From NCBI GenBank assembly GCA_040756155.1, contig JBFLZU010000065.1:1-51236 (forward strand): 51,236 nucleotides of DNA. Direction: 5' to 3'. The position numbers and the translations under genes were made by a program. The stretch is from Nitrospirota bacterium. GTDB taxonomy: Bacteria > Nitrospirota > Thermodesulfovibrionia > JACRGW01 > JBFLZU01. This document shows positions 31,500-39,883 of this stretch, piece by piece. A model generated the notes under the pieces. The model saw nothing but the letters and a program-made list of their open reading frames with translations, made no database searches and was not told the DNA's origin. Numbering within the stretch: the first letter of the stretch is position 1; each line of letters opens with the position of its first letter.

Positions 31500-32646
31500 A
31501 TCTACTGCCGCCTCCTTTCAGGGTAACTCCATCAACTATATAGAGATGAACCTTCTTGCCGGCTTTCACCTCGACAACAGGAATAAGCACATCTGCCTGT
31601 TTAGCGTAAAACTCTCCTGACTTAGACGCAATCTGTCTTGATGCCTCAGCAAATGTATATGTCGCCACATCACCGGTAATATTCGTTGCTGTGGCTACAC
31701 CTCCTGTGCCTCCTGCCACTGCCAGTGTTGTGGTCTGTGCTGTGGCTAATGCCTGAGAAAGCCCCTGAAGGAATGCGCTTATCCCTGTAGTCTTTAAGAA
31801 TTCACCTGTGTATCTTTTAACATCCCCTTTTATCCCGAAAATGTTATCTTCGTCTGTGAGATAACCATTTACCTTTTCGTCAAAGAAACCTCCATCCTGC
31901 CATCTGCATGACATTTTCTCAACTTGAATCTTTGCCCTCCCTGTTCCAATGTCACCAACAGCCTTTGCTACTGCAAGACATCCCTTAAGGGGCACAGGAG
32001 AGCCCATCGGACCTGAGAACGCCTTATCTATACTCAAACTCACAGGCATGGGCTCTCCGTTGTGTGGGGCATAAGCCCCTGAAAGAAGGGTAGCATCCGT
32101 AAAGGATGCTGAAGGGAGGTATGGATCTGCCTTCTTTGACTGGGGTGGAGAGGAATTATCAACAGGAGGCAATTCAATCTTTTTTATCCTTGGAGTCATG
32201 GATACCTTTCCTTCGGCTCCGCTCAGGACAGGTTTCTCTTGTTCAGCGGCACCTTCTTCGACGGCAGATATCCTATCTTTTTTCTTCTTTATCTCATTTT
32301 CGAGTTCATACAGGGTCTTTTCATCCTTTTTTGACACCTCATCCGTATGTCTCACTTCTGTCCTCTTCATTTCTTTTATTCCATTAACTTCTTTCTTTAT
32401 CTCCTGAAGTGCTGTGTTAAGGGTATGTATCTGGCTTTTAAGTTCATCTACAGGATTTACATTCCCCTTCTGTTGCTGTTTTGCGTCATCTATTATCTTT
32501 TCTGTTTTCTTGGGGGTCTTACCGGGAGTTACAAAAAAGAGGAGAGCAATAATCAGTGTGAGGGCTATAAGTATCGTGGGGTGCTTTTTTATGAAGTCTG
32601 TTAATTTATTGATTGTATCTAACAATGTAGCCATGTGTGGCTCCAC
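31447..32646 (-). CDS. traB: F-type TraB (VirB10-like)
   Basis: 399 aa. N-terminal TM, Lys/Glu-rich coiled region, and C-terminal LPSASFTDATLLSGAYAP...KGCLAVAKAVGDIGTGRAKIQVEKMSC pattern, as in TraB/VirB10. Confidence 0.65.
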   Translation of the reverse strand: MEPHMATLLDTINKLTDFIKKHPTILIALTLIIALLFFVTPGKTPKKTEKIIDDAKQQQKGNVNPVDELKSQIHTLNTALQEIKKEVNGIKEMKRTEVRHTDEVSKKDEKTLYELENEIKKKKDRISAVEEGAAEQEKPVLSGAEGKVSMTPRIKKIELPPVDNSSPPQSKKADPYLPSASFTDATLLSGAYAPHNGEPMPVSLSIDKAFSGPMGSPVPLKGCLAVAKAVGDIGTGRAKIQVEKMSCRWQDGGFFDEKVNGYLTDEDNIFGIKGDVKRYTGEFLKTTGISAFLQGLSQALATAQTTTLAVAGGTGGVATATNITGDVATYTFAEASRQIASKSGEFYAKQADVLIPVVEVKAGKKVHLYIVDGVTLKGGGSRFESKIPYIDPINLSNNY

Positions 32647-33301
32647 CTTTAAGAAATTTATCCTTAAGGGAAATCGCTATAATACCTTCGAGGTAATAAT
32701 CCTTTATCGGAAATGGTTTTATTGAACCCTCTTTCCTTACTATCTCTATAACAAGTCCCTGCAGGCTCATTGCGTTATAGACCTTGAGGGCTTTTACGGT
32801 AAAATCCTCATCCTTATATAAGATAAATCCACCTTCCGAGACCTCTACCCCTTCAGGAACCTCGTTATTCGTCATTGATTTAATCAATCCGAGTGGCGTG
32901 AGCGCCCTTAACTTTTCAATACGCTCTTTTGCCCCAATAACATGGCTCACGAGCCTTATCTCTTTATGCCTCTGTTCAGGTGGCACGATAATCAGGCTGA
33001 AAACATACTGTCTGTTATCTCTGGTAACTACATACAGGTCTCCTGAGATAAGTGAGAGCGGTTGCAAATAAACCCTCTTTCCTGAATACTCCATGGACAG
33101 CAGATTCTGGTCAATCCCTGTTATAAATGTTGTTATCTCTGATGGCATCTCAATAGAGGTAGCCTGCCCTACAGAGAGCCTTATAGTCTGTATCCCTTTA
33201 TACTCGATAATCTCAGTTGCAGTCACAATTGAGTATAAAGCTAAGATCATGGAACTAAGGGCTAAGAGCAGGATTGGACAGAATAATTTTAAACCTGACA
33301 T
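32606..33301 (-). CDS. traK: F-type TraK (VirB9/secretin-like)
   Basis: Start taken at Met24 (33301), which gives a signal-like MSGLKLFCPILLLALSS. The longer track ORF (to 33370) reads through the heptamer tract and overlaps traE. Position is between traE and traB. Confidence 0.55.
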   Translation of the reverse strand: MSGLKLFCPILLLALSSMILALYSIVTATEIIEYKGIQTIRLSVGQATSIEMPSEITTFITGIDQNLLSMEYSGKRVYLQPLSLISGDLYVVTRDNRQYVFSLIIVPPEQRHKEIRLVSHVIGAKERIEKLRALTPLGLIKSMTNNEVPEGVEVSEGGFILYKDEDFTVKALKVYNAMSLQGLVIEIVRKEGSIKPFPIKDYYLEGIIAISLKDKFLKGGATHGYIVRYNQ

Positions 33302-33321
33302 CTCAAATCTAAAATCTGAAA
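33301..33321. repeat. Three heptamers TCTCAAA TCTAAAA TCTGAAA (reverse orientation of TTTGAGA) at the traE/traK junction
   Basis: Read directly from the sequence. Confidence 0.85.
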
Positions 33322-33326
33322 TCTGC

Positions 33327-33905
33327 CTATCGTATCTCCCTGCAGTTTTCATCATCAATCTCCAGCCCAAAAGGATTCAATGGCGTTTTATATCGCCCTC
33401 TGACTACTTTAACCTTGCATAAAATATTCTTTATCCCTGACTCCTTCCCCCCGATATAAGTCCTCTGGTCACCCTTTATCGTAATCTCATATCCGTTGCT
33501 ACTCTCAGCCACATCAGGTTCTCCATCTGGTGTGAATGTATATGCAAGCTGAGATTCTTTTATCCTGTTTATTTCTGAAAGAAGTGTTGGCTTCTGCTCA
33601 GAGGCATAGCGAGATGTCATAAGTCTGTATGCCAGCGCGTATTGCCCATCAACAGTTCCAGGATTCACATTCTTCTTTTGATAAAAATAATACCTTACGA
33701 AGATAGATGGCACGCCAGCAGGAATATGTCCAACCACTGTCTCTCCTACAACTTTATCAACATCTATGTAAGTGATATTTATCCTGAAGGTCATAACGAG
33801 TATCGCAATTATAAGGATCACTATCAATCCTGCCTCACCAATAGCAATGATGGAAAGCCTCCTGTTTATTACCTTCAGGTCTTCTCCATAATCCCAGAAC
33901 TTCAA
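33327..33905 (-). CDS. traE: F-type TraE (VirB8-like bitopic protein)
   Basis: 192 aa. Single N-terminal TM (LSIIAIGEAGLIVILIIAILV). Size and position between traL and traK. Confidence 0.6.
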   Translation of the reverse strand: MKFWDYGEDLKVINRRLSIIAIGEAGLIVILIIAILVMTFRINITYIDVDKVVGETVVGHIPAGVPSIFVRYYFYQKKNVNPGTVDGQYALAYRLMTSRYASEQKPTLLSEINRIKESQLAYTFTPDGEPDVAESSNGYEITIKGDQRTYIGGKESGIKNILCKVKVVRGRYKTPLNPFGLEIDDENCREIR

Positions 33906-34198
33906 GGAGAAAACCTCCTGTTTTTATGAGGCTCTTTTACAACCAATGGGAAGAAATTATGCATAAAGAGAATCCTGTAAACAATATTCTGGAGTATATA
34001 GCCCCTTCCCTTTTTTCTTCTTATAGTCCGTAGTTTTATACCTGCTATTAAGGGTGGCATCAGGGAGAGGATAACCGGGAGTCCAATCAATATGGATATC
34101 GCTCCTGTGAAGAAAAATGTCAGTATTATCACAATCCATTCATCGAGTGTAAAGAATATCTCTACAGGTCTGTCTATAAATCTTGGTGCCCAGTTCAC
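33902..34198 (-). CDS. traL: F-type TraL
   Basis: 98 aa. FTLDEWIVI.. then TM, then RRKKGRGYILQNIVYR, which parallels F TraL ..LPLDE.. and KKLKKGRGSSWLRDLIYW. Confidence 0.7.
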   Translation of the reverse strand: MNWAPRFIDRPVEIFFTLDEWIVIILTFFFTGAISILIGLPVILSLMPPLIAGIKLRTIRRKKGRGYILQNIVYRILFMHNFFPLVVKEPHKNRRFSP

Positions 34199-34548
34199 TT
34201 ATGGATGGTTCCTCCGAATGACTGCCAGAGAAACTGGGCTATCTCATAGATTGAGGCAAGCAGAAACCCTCCAACAAAGGCAAATAGGGCAATCTTGGGA
34301 TGCCTTGTCAGCAGGGCGATGACTCCTGAAACGCAGGCAACAAGAAATATCATGAAGCCAACCTTACCCTTAGTAATCTCCTTTATGTTATCTGTAATCT
34401 TTTGGGCGGATGCATCGAGCCTCGCAAGTTCACCTTCAGCTGCCACCTTCGTGACAAAGATAAAAACAATACATATCATTAAAAATAATACTATTAATCC
34501 TCTCATCTTTACACCCCCAAGGCACCCTGTGCCTGTTATTATTTTCAA
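34195..34548 (-). CDS. traA: T4SS pilin (TraA/VirB2/TrbC-like)
   Basis: 117 aa (alternative start Met15 at 34506). A signal-like segment ending VAAEG is followed by two hydrophobic helices. Lies immediately upstream of traL. Confidence 0.5.
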   Translation of the reverse strand: MKIITGTGCLGGVKMRGLIVLFLMICIVFIFVTKVAAEGELARLDASAQKITDNIKEITKGKVGFMIFLVACVSGVIALLTRHPKIALFAFVGGFLLASIYEIAQFLWQSFGGTIHK

Positions 34549-35345
34549 CCACCTTCCTGCTCACCTATCACCCATGGAAGAGTAGGAATGACTGTTCCGT
34601 CCATAATGAATGTTGGTGTTCCTGTTACCCCTATCTTCCTGCCTTCTTCTATATCTTCTGTAACCATCTTTGTGGCTATCTTCCTCAGTTCGCTGTTACA
34701 TCTTTCTTTTCCTTCGGCTTTGCTCAGGACAGGTTTATTCTTTGAAAGCCATCTACATTGCTCTTCAATAGCCCTTTTCTTTGCCTCTGGATGTATAGAT
34801 TCAAGGGGATAGTGCTTTATCACCACCCTGTAATCTTTGCCTCTATACGCCTTTATTGCTTCTAATGCCCGCTTTGATGCTGGACAATCAGGGTCAGAGA
34901 ACATAAATATGGTTTTTTTACCTTCAGGGTTGTAGACAATCCTGTCCTTCTCTCTCAACTTGATATCGATCTTCTTGAACTCAACATCACCTGCAAGCCT
35001 CTGTGTAATATTTTCACCGTCTCTAAAGATCTCACCAGATATCAAGACCTTCTTGTCATTTGAAATATAGAGCACTAAAGGAATTTTCATCATTCCCTGG
35101 TCGACTGTAAGTCGGACTGCCTTGAAGTTAGGAATCTCTTTAAAATCTGTTACGCTTGTTACTGAGAAAATATCCCTTTTTAAAGAGATTGGTTTTCCTG
35201 CCCGTTTTTCTATCTGTTTTATCCAGAAGTCTATGGCAACATTACCGTAATCATCTGGACTATACTGCTCTGCCAGAATATCTGTGGTAGCTATCATACT
35301 CGCTATAAGTATAAAAAGCCCTATCAATATATCTGTCTTTTTCAT
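34545..35345 (-). CDS. DsbC/DsbG-like periplasmic thiol-disulfide isomerase with CPAS (CxxS) active site
   Basis: 266 aa. Signal peptide, N-terminal dimerisation-like region, FSDPDCPASKRA, and the GVTGTPTF cis-Pro loop. Confidence 0.7.
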   Translation of the reverse strand: MKKTDILIGLFILIASMIATTDILAEQYSPDDYGNVAIDFWIKQIEKRAGKPISLKRDIFSVTSVTDFKEIPNFKAVRLTVDQGMMKIPLVLYISNDKKVLISGEIFRDGENITQRLAGDVEFKKIDIKLREKDRIVYNPEGKKTIFMFSDPDCPASKRALEAIKAYRGKDYRVVIKHYPLESIHPEAKKRAIEEQCRWLSKNKPVLSKAEGKERCNSELRKIATKMVTEDIEEGRKIGVTGTPTFIMDGTVIPTLPWVIGEQEGG

Positions 35346-35429
35346 TGCTATCCCTCCCTGTCATCTTGTTTTTTTAATCATAACATTAAAAGCCCTTTTG
35401 TTATTGAAACAGTCTTTCTTGATAGGGCT

Positions 35430-35458
35430 ATTATATAAAGAGTCTGCTGTTTCTGTAA
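35430..35458 (-). promoter_or_regulatory. Sigma-70-type promoter candidate for the dsbC-like/tra operon
   Basis: On the minus strand: TTACAG (35458-35453), 17 nt, TATAAT (35435-35430). A strong GGGAGGG SD precedes ATG 35345. Confidence 0.4.
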
Positions 35459-35459
35459 A

Positions 35460-35557
35460 CCCCGTTAGAAAATTTGGATGGGGCATTAGACCTCGCCTTC
35501 GCTATCAAATTTGTAGAGGTTCCATCCTCGCACAAAGGTCGGGACTTTCTAACGGGG
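35460..35557. repeat. ~98-bp element bounded by 12-bp perfect inverted repeats (MITE/REP-like)
   Basis: CCCCGTTAGAAA (35460-35471) and TTTCTAACGGGG (35546-35557). Lies in the gap between the SLT gene and the dsbC-like gene. Confidence 0.75.
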
Positions 35558-35581
35558 TAAATTATTTAAAGAAATAACCCA

Positions 35582-36139
35582 TTATCGTGGTCCTCTTCTG
35601 AATTTTTTATACCTCTCCGTCTCTCTCAAAACAGCTCTTAGATATGATTTACTCTTTGCACCGTAATAATCGTATATTGCATGCTTGAGATTCTCGTTGT
35701 TAACCTTATAATAGTAATTTAAAACTTTCAGCCCTGCTTTAGTATTGTAGAAGGGATCTTTAAGCAGTCTTTGCCCGTCAAAATATCTTTTCCATGTCGG
35801 ATAATGCACCTGCATAAGACCTCTTGCATCTTTGTGGCTTCTTGCAAAGGGATTAAAACCACTTTCAATCCTGCTTATACCAACAATCAGTTCCAATGGA
35901 AAAGGAAATTCCTTTGATTCACGAACTATGCTCCTGGCGACAGCATAGGAGAGCATGATGTCCTGTTTTGGGTTCACCATTGTGATATACTTAAATAGAA
36001 TGAATGTTTCTATGCGTTCACCAAAAGGAAGTGAAAGCAAATCCTCAGAGATAAACTTTATTGTCTCACTTGAGAAAAGTTGACCTGCAGAGAAAAACAA
36101 AAACAAAACTGTAAATATTACCACCTTAAACATTACCAT
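35582..36139 (-). CDS. Lytic transglycosylase (SLT domain; VirB1/Orf169/R64 PilT analogue)
   Basis: 185 aa with a signal peptide. GISRIESGFNPFARSHKDARGLMQV (catalytic Glu-Ser and GLMQ motifs). Confidence 0.8.
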   Translation of the reverse strand: MVMFKVVIFTVLFLFFSAGQLFSSETIKFISEDLLSLPFGERIETFILFKYITMVNPKQDIMLSYAVARSIVRESKEFPFPLELIVGISRIESGFNPFARSHKDARGLMQVHYPTWKRYFDGQRLLKDPFYNTKAGLKVLNYYYKVNNENLKHAIYDYYGAKSKSYLRAVLRETERYKKFRRGPR

Positions 36140-36171
36140 CCATGCCTTCAGCTCTTTAGCACTATTTGAGG

Positions 36172-36354
36172 TTAAATCCTTTTATCCATCTTGAGTCTCT
36201 CAATACACTGTCTCATCGATACCATTCCATATTCTGAGCCTGACTCGATGTAATTGTTTATCCCTGAAAGGATTGCTGCCATATCCTTCCCTTTACCTGT
36301 CAGCACCTGATGCACAGGCAGGGTATTCATTAATACCTCATAGGCAAGAACCAT
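36172..36354 (-). pseudogene. Remnant of the extreme C-terminus of a PilT/PilU-type ATPase
   Basis: 60-aa ORF LAYEVLMNTLPVHQVLTGKGKDMAAILSGINNYIESGSEYGMVSMRQCIERL fits only the PilT C-terminal pattern. There are no Walker motifs, and only ~80 nt of space upstream. Confidence 0.4.
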
Positions 36355-36436
36355 CCTCTTTTTGTCGACGTAAGCTCGGATTGCCCATCTTTATGACAGC
36401 GATAATTCTGTGGACTCCAACTCCACACTCACTCTT

Positions 36437-37849
36437 TCACTCTACCTCAATCGGCGCAAGATATGTATATCTATTTGCTGGTAGATTATTTACAGCATCA
36501 TTATTGACATCATAAATTGTCGTTGTATTGAATGGGTCTATTATCTTTGTCGAAAGAGTGGCATATGATGTATCGGAAACGGTCACAGTTTTCCCCTTTA
36601 TCTCTGTAGGTGATATACCACTTACATTTGACTGGTCTATGGGACTGTAGCTACCGCTTGGGGTTATGTAGTAACGGTTAAAATCCATAGAGAGCATCCA
36701 GCCTATCTCGTGTTTGTTGTAATAGGTACCGTTATTAGGATCTTTCTGTGATGAACATGTATAAGTAGTTGTAGTTTGAGGGCAGTTATAACATGTAACT
36801 CCACTATATCCTGATATCTCAGAACCATCACCAGTAGGACAGGTAGTCCACCTCCAATTCCAATATCCGTATGAGCATCCCATTCTATTGCAATGCTCAC
36901 CAGTATAAGGCGTATTATATTCCCTACACTCGTATTCCCAAAATTGGGTAGTAGTGTAGACTGTTGAAGTAGAAGATGAACATACATTTGTTACAAACCG
37001 AGTAAACTTTCTAATTACAGTACTAACCCCTATCACAGGCACAAGACTTCCATCACTCTGCGTCTCCCATAAAGGCTCGGTAGCATAGGCATAATCAAGG
37101 AGAGCGTAAGGGATTCCTTCATTAGATAAATCCACTTTTATCCGTTCATCTATAAGAACTTTTAACCCCGACTCTTTATCAATAACCACATCGTCTTGAG
37201 ATTCAGGGGCATCATATCTACCACCAACATCAAAAGAGTTCTGAACAGCGACGTTGCCATTAAGGTCAAGGAAATATCTTAAAAGTATGCCTGCCCCAGA
37301 AATAGACCAGGTAGATGGAAGCACAGAGTCTATTTTCTTTGTTATATACCTGTAGTAAGCAAAGGAATACCTTGGTTTTACTATAATCCTTGCTCCGGGA
37401 TATGTAATGTTTCCTGATTTGTCTATCTTTACAGGCATGTATATCCATTTATCTGTAATAGATCCATTTTCGGTAAAAGAAAAGTAGTAATCTATACTGG
37501 TATAATCGAGGGATTTATTTTCCATATAGTCCTTTGCCATCGGGACTATATCAGGTACTTTCCCTTTTACGAAAGAATCTATGGTGTTTAGTGCTAATGT
37601 AGCAGAGGAATAATCTGTTGATGGTGGAGAGCTAATTTTATAGTTAAAATCTGCCGTATCTTTGCCGTATCCTGAGATTATCTCAGTTATATCGTTTACA
37701 AGTCCTTTTCTTATAGTAGCATCGTATTGTGATTCAATCCCCTCAAGTTCAAAAATATAAAGAAATTGTCTGCTTCTTGGAAGTTCAGCAGCATCAGACA
37801 CAGATACAAATAAAACCACAACTGCAAACATAAACCACTTCTTTCTCAT
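36437..37849 (-). CDS. Secreted Cys-rich protein (pilus-associated adhesin or TraN-analogue candidate)
   Basis: 470 aa. Signal peptide MRKKWFMFAVVVLFVSVSDA. Nine Cys are clustered in ~95 aa (VCSSS..ECREYNTPYTGEHCNRMGCSYGYWNWRWTTCP..VTCYNCP..YTCSS). Confidence 0.4.
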   Translation of the reverse strand: MRKKWFMFAVVVLFVSVSDAAELPRSRQFLYIFELEGIESQYDATIRKGLVNDITEIISGYGKDTADFNYKISSPPSTDYSSATLALNTIDSFVKGKVPDIVPMAKDYMENKSLDYTSIDYYFSFTENGSITDKWIYMPVKIDKSGNITYPGARIIVKPRYSFAYYRYITKKIDSVLPSTWSISGAGILLRYFLDLNGNVAVQNSFDVGGRYDAPESQDDVVIDKESGLKVLIDERIKVDLSNEGIPYALLDYAYATEPLWETQSDGSLVPVIGVSTVIRKFTRFVTNVCSSSTSTVYTTTQFWEYECREYNTPYTGEHCNRMGCSYGYWNWRWTTCPTGDGSEISGYSGVTCYNCPQTTTTYTCSSQKDPNNGTYYNKHEIGWMLSMDFNRYYITPSGSYSPIDQSNVSGISPTEIKGKTVTVSDTSYATLSTKIIDPFNTTTIYDVNNDAVNNLPANRYTYLAPIEVE

Positions 37850-37919
37850 AAAATCCTCTATTTATATCTTCTACTACTATATATTACTCTGGAGTTAAAA
37901 TCCGATCCCTTCCTTTTCT

Positions 37920-38852
37920 CTAATAAACCCCGAAGACAGTTTTCACTATTGTTTCACCCCACGGTGTGGTTGTCAAAATCCTAATTGAATAAGGTGATGT
38001 TTCTCCATTATCCGGATTTCTCGTAGAGGATGACCCATTATCCACCCTGAATTCATTCCCCCATGCATCCTTTATCTGTTCAGGATTAAATTTGAGGGTG
38101 GATATGGCATTTATATCATTAAGAGTAGCGATACAGTCATCTGCTACCGTGCATGAGTTAAGAAGATGACTGTTAGTATCCCACTTTGTAGGAACAGATG
38201 CCCCATTTCTATCAGTCTTTGCAAATCTGTCAACATTCACATCATGGTTTGGATCGGCAAGATACAGGGTGGTGAAATAAGACTGGAAGGTATTCCCTGT
38301 GTCGTCCATCTTTTTCAGTGTCTCTTTGTATTTTGAAACCTGTATCTCAAGACCACTTACCTCTGCACAGATATCATCACTGCCGCAGGTAAGCTTTCCT
38401 TCACTCGCATCGAACAAAGAGGATAGTTTAGAATCTGTGGATTTTGATACAAAGGCTATGACATGATACTGGACCTGCGGGCTTGTTGTGCTGGCAAGCC
38501 TGTTACTTACATAAGCGGTATACTCCATGTTATATACATCACGACCAACTGCCTTCTGTGACATACCAGCATAGGAAGATACAGAGTAAAAACTTGTCCC
38601 TGTCGTCCCTGACGTTATTGTGTTAGAGCCAAATCTAAACTCCTGCCCATCGTAAGAGTCAACATCATAGGCATACATGTCGTATATACGCTCAATGGCA
38701 GATCTTATTTTCTCTACCTGCTTTTCATTCTCCTTTCTTTTCTGCCAGCGATAAAACTCTGATAGGTCAGGTAACACAAATGCGAAAATTATAGTTATTG
38801 CCGTGAGGACAAAAATAACCTCAAGGGCAGTAAAACCACTCTCTCTTTTCAT
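37920..38852 (-). CDS. Prepilin-type (class III signal) large minor pilin / pseudopilin
   Basis: MKRESG|FTALEVIFVLTAITIIFAFV with Gly-1, Phe+1 and Glu+5. 310 aa. Confidence 0.7.
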   Translation of the reverse strand: MKRESGFTALEVIFVLTAITIIFAFVLPDLSEFYRWQKRKENEKQVEKIRSAIERIYDMYAYDVDSYDGQEFRFGSNTITSGTTGTSFYSVSSYAGMSQKAVGRDVYNMEYTAYVSNRLASTTSPQVQYHVIAFVSKSTDSKLSSLFDASEGKLTCGSDDICAEVSGLEIQVSKYKETLKKMDDTGNTFQSYFTTLYLADPNHDVNVDRFAKTDRNGASVPTKWDTNSHLLNSCTVADDCIATLNDINAISTLKFNPEQIKDAWGNEFRVDNGSSSTRNPDNGETSPYSIRILTTTPWGETIVKTVFGVY

Positions 38853-39877
38853 CTTATCGCCATCGTTGCCTTCATCGTAGGAATAATTATCGCACCTGCG
38901 ATACTGCCGATAATAATCACAAGTCCTCCTATCAACACAGGTTGTAAGTAATTCAATAATCTATTTGTAAGAATCTCCACCTCTTTCTGTTTTATATGTG
39001 CTATCATATTTAGATAGTATTCGAGATTCCCTGTAAGTTCACCTGTTGACAGAAGAGATGCAATATGACCCTCAAAGCCAACCTCTTTAGCGGTTCTGGG
39101 CAGTGGTATACCCCGTCTCAAAAGCACCACCATCCTCTCAAACCTCCTTTTTATCTCAGGATTACTGACTATTTTGGATACCGCACCTGCTATTTCATCT
39201 ACCATTATTCCTGTAGCAAGCATCAGGCTGAACATAAAGAATGACAGGGTATAGTCCTTCCCTCGCTCAATCCTCTGAACAAGAGGCACCATCCTGTAAA
39301 GTCTCCATGCTAAAGGTGATGTAGCGAATCTATAGAGGATAAATAATATAGTGAGATAAATCGGAACGGTGGCATATATATAATCTGCAAACTTTTCGCT
39401 TACACCTACCATGAACGAAAGTACTGATGGCACATCCTCTGGAGGAACAACATCAAGAAGTTTTCTGAATCTCGGGAATACGAAAGATAAGAGGACAGGG
39501 ATTACTATTGCGAAAACCACGAACATAACAATTCTTGGGTATATTGTAATGTTCTTTATTGTATCCTTCATGCTTTTCTCATGCTTAAGGATCTCCCTGC
39601 ATCTATCAAGCGCCTCTGGAAGTTTTCCGTGCTCCTCCCCTGCCTCAACAATGGAGCATAGTATATCTGATATCCCGGCATCTTTAAGGGATTTTGATAG
39701 CGAGTAGCCTTTAACTCTACCATCTTTTATCTTTTCAATAACTGAAGATGCATCTGCTGAAACGATGTCTTTAAGATTATCAAAGGTTATCTCCCATGGC
39801 ACTCCTTTATGTGCTGAATCAGCCATAACCTCAAATATTATAAGAAGGTCGTTTATCTTGAGAGTTTTTTCTATCAT
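38849..39877 (-). CDS. GspF/PilC-family inner-membrane platform protein
   Basis: 342 aa. Duplicated helical cytoplasmic domain plus three hydrophobic segments. 4-bp overlap with the downstream pilin gene. Confidence 0.7.
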   Translation of the reverse strand: MIEKTLKINDLLIIFEVMADSAHKGVPWEITFDNLKDIVSADASSVIEKIKDGRVKGYSLSKSLKDAGISDILCSIVEAGEEHGKLPEALDRCREILKHEKSMKDTIKNITIYPRIVMFVVFAIVIPVLLSFVFPRFRKLLDVVPPEDVPSVLSFMVGVSEKFADYIYATVPIYLTILFILYRFATSPLAWRLYRMVPLVQRIERGKDYTLSFFMFSLMLATGIMVDEIAGAVSKIVSNPEIKRRFERMVVLLRRGIPLPRTAKEVGFEGHIASLLSTGELTGNLEYYLNMIAHIKQKEVEILTNRLLNYLQPVLIGGLVIIIGSIAGAIIIPTMKATMAIR

Positions 39878-39883
39878 AAAAAA

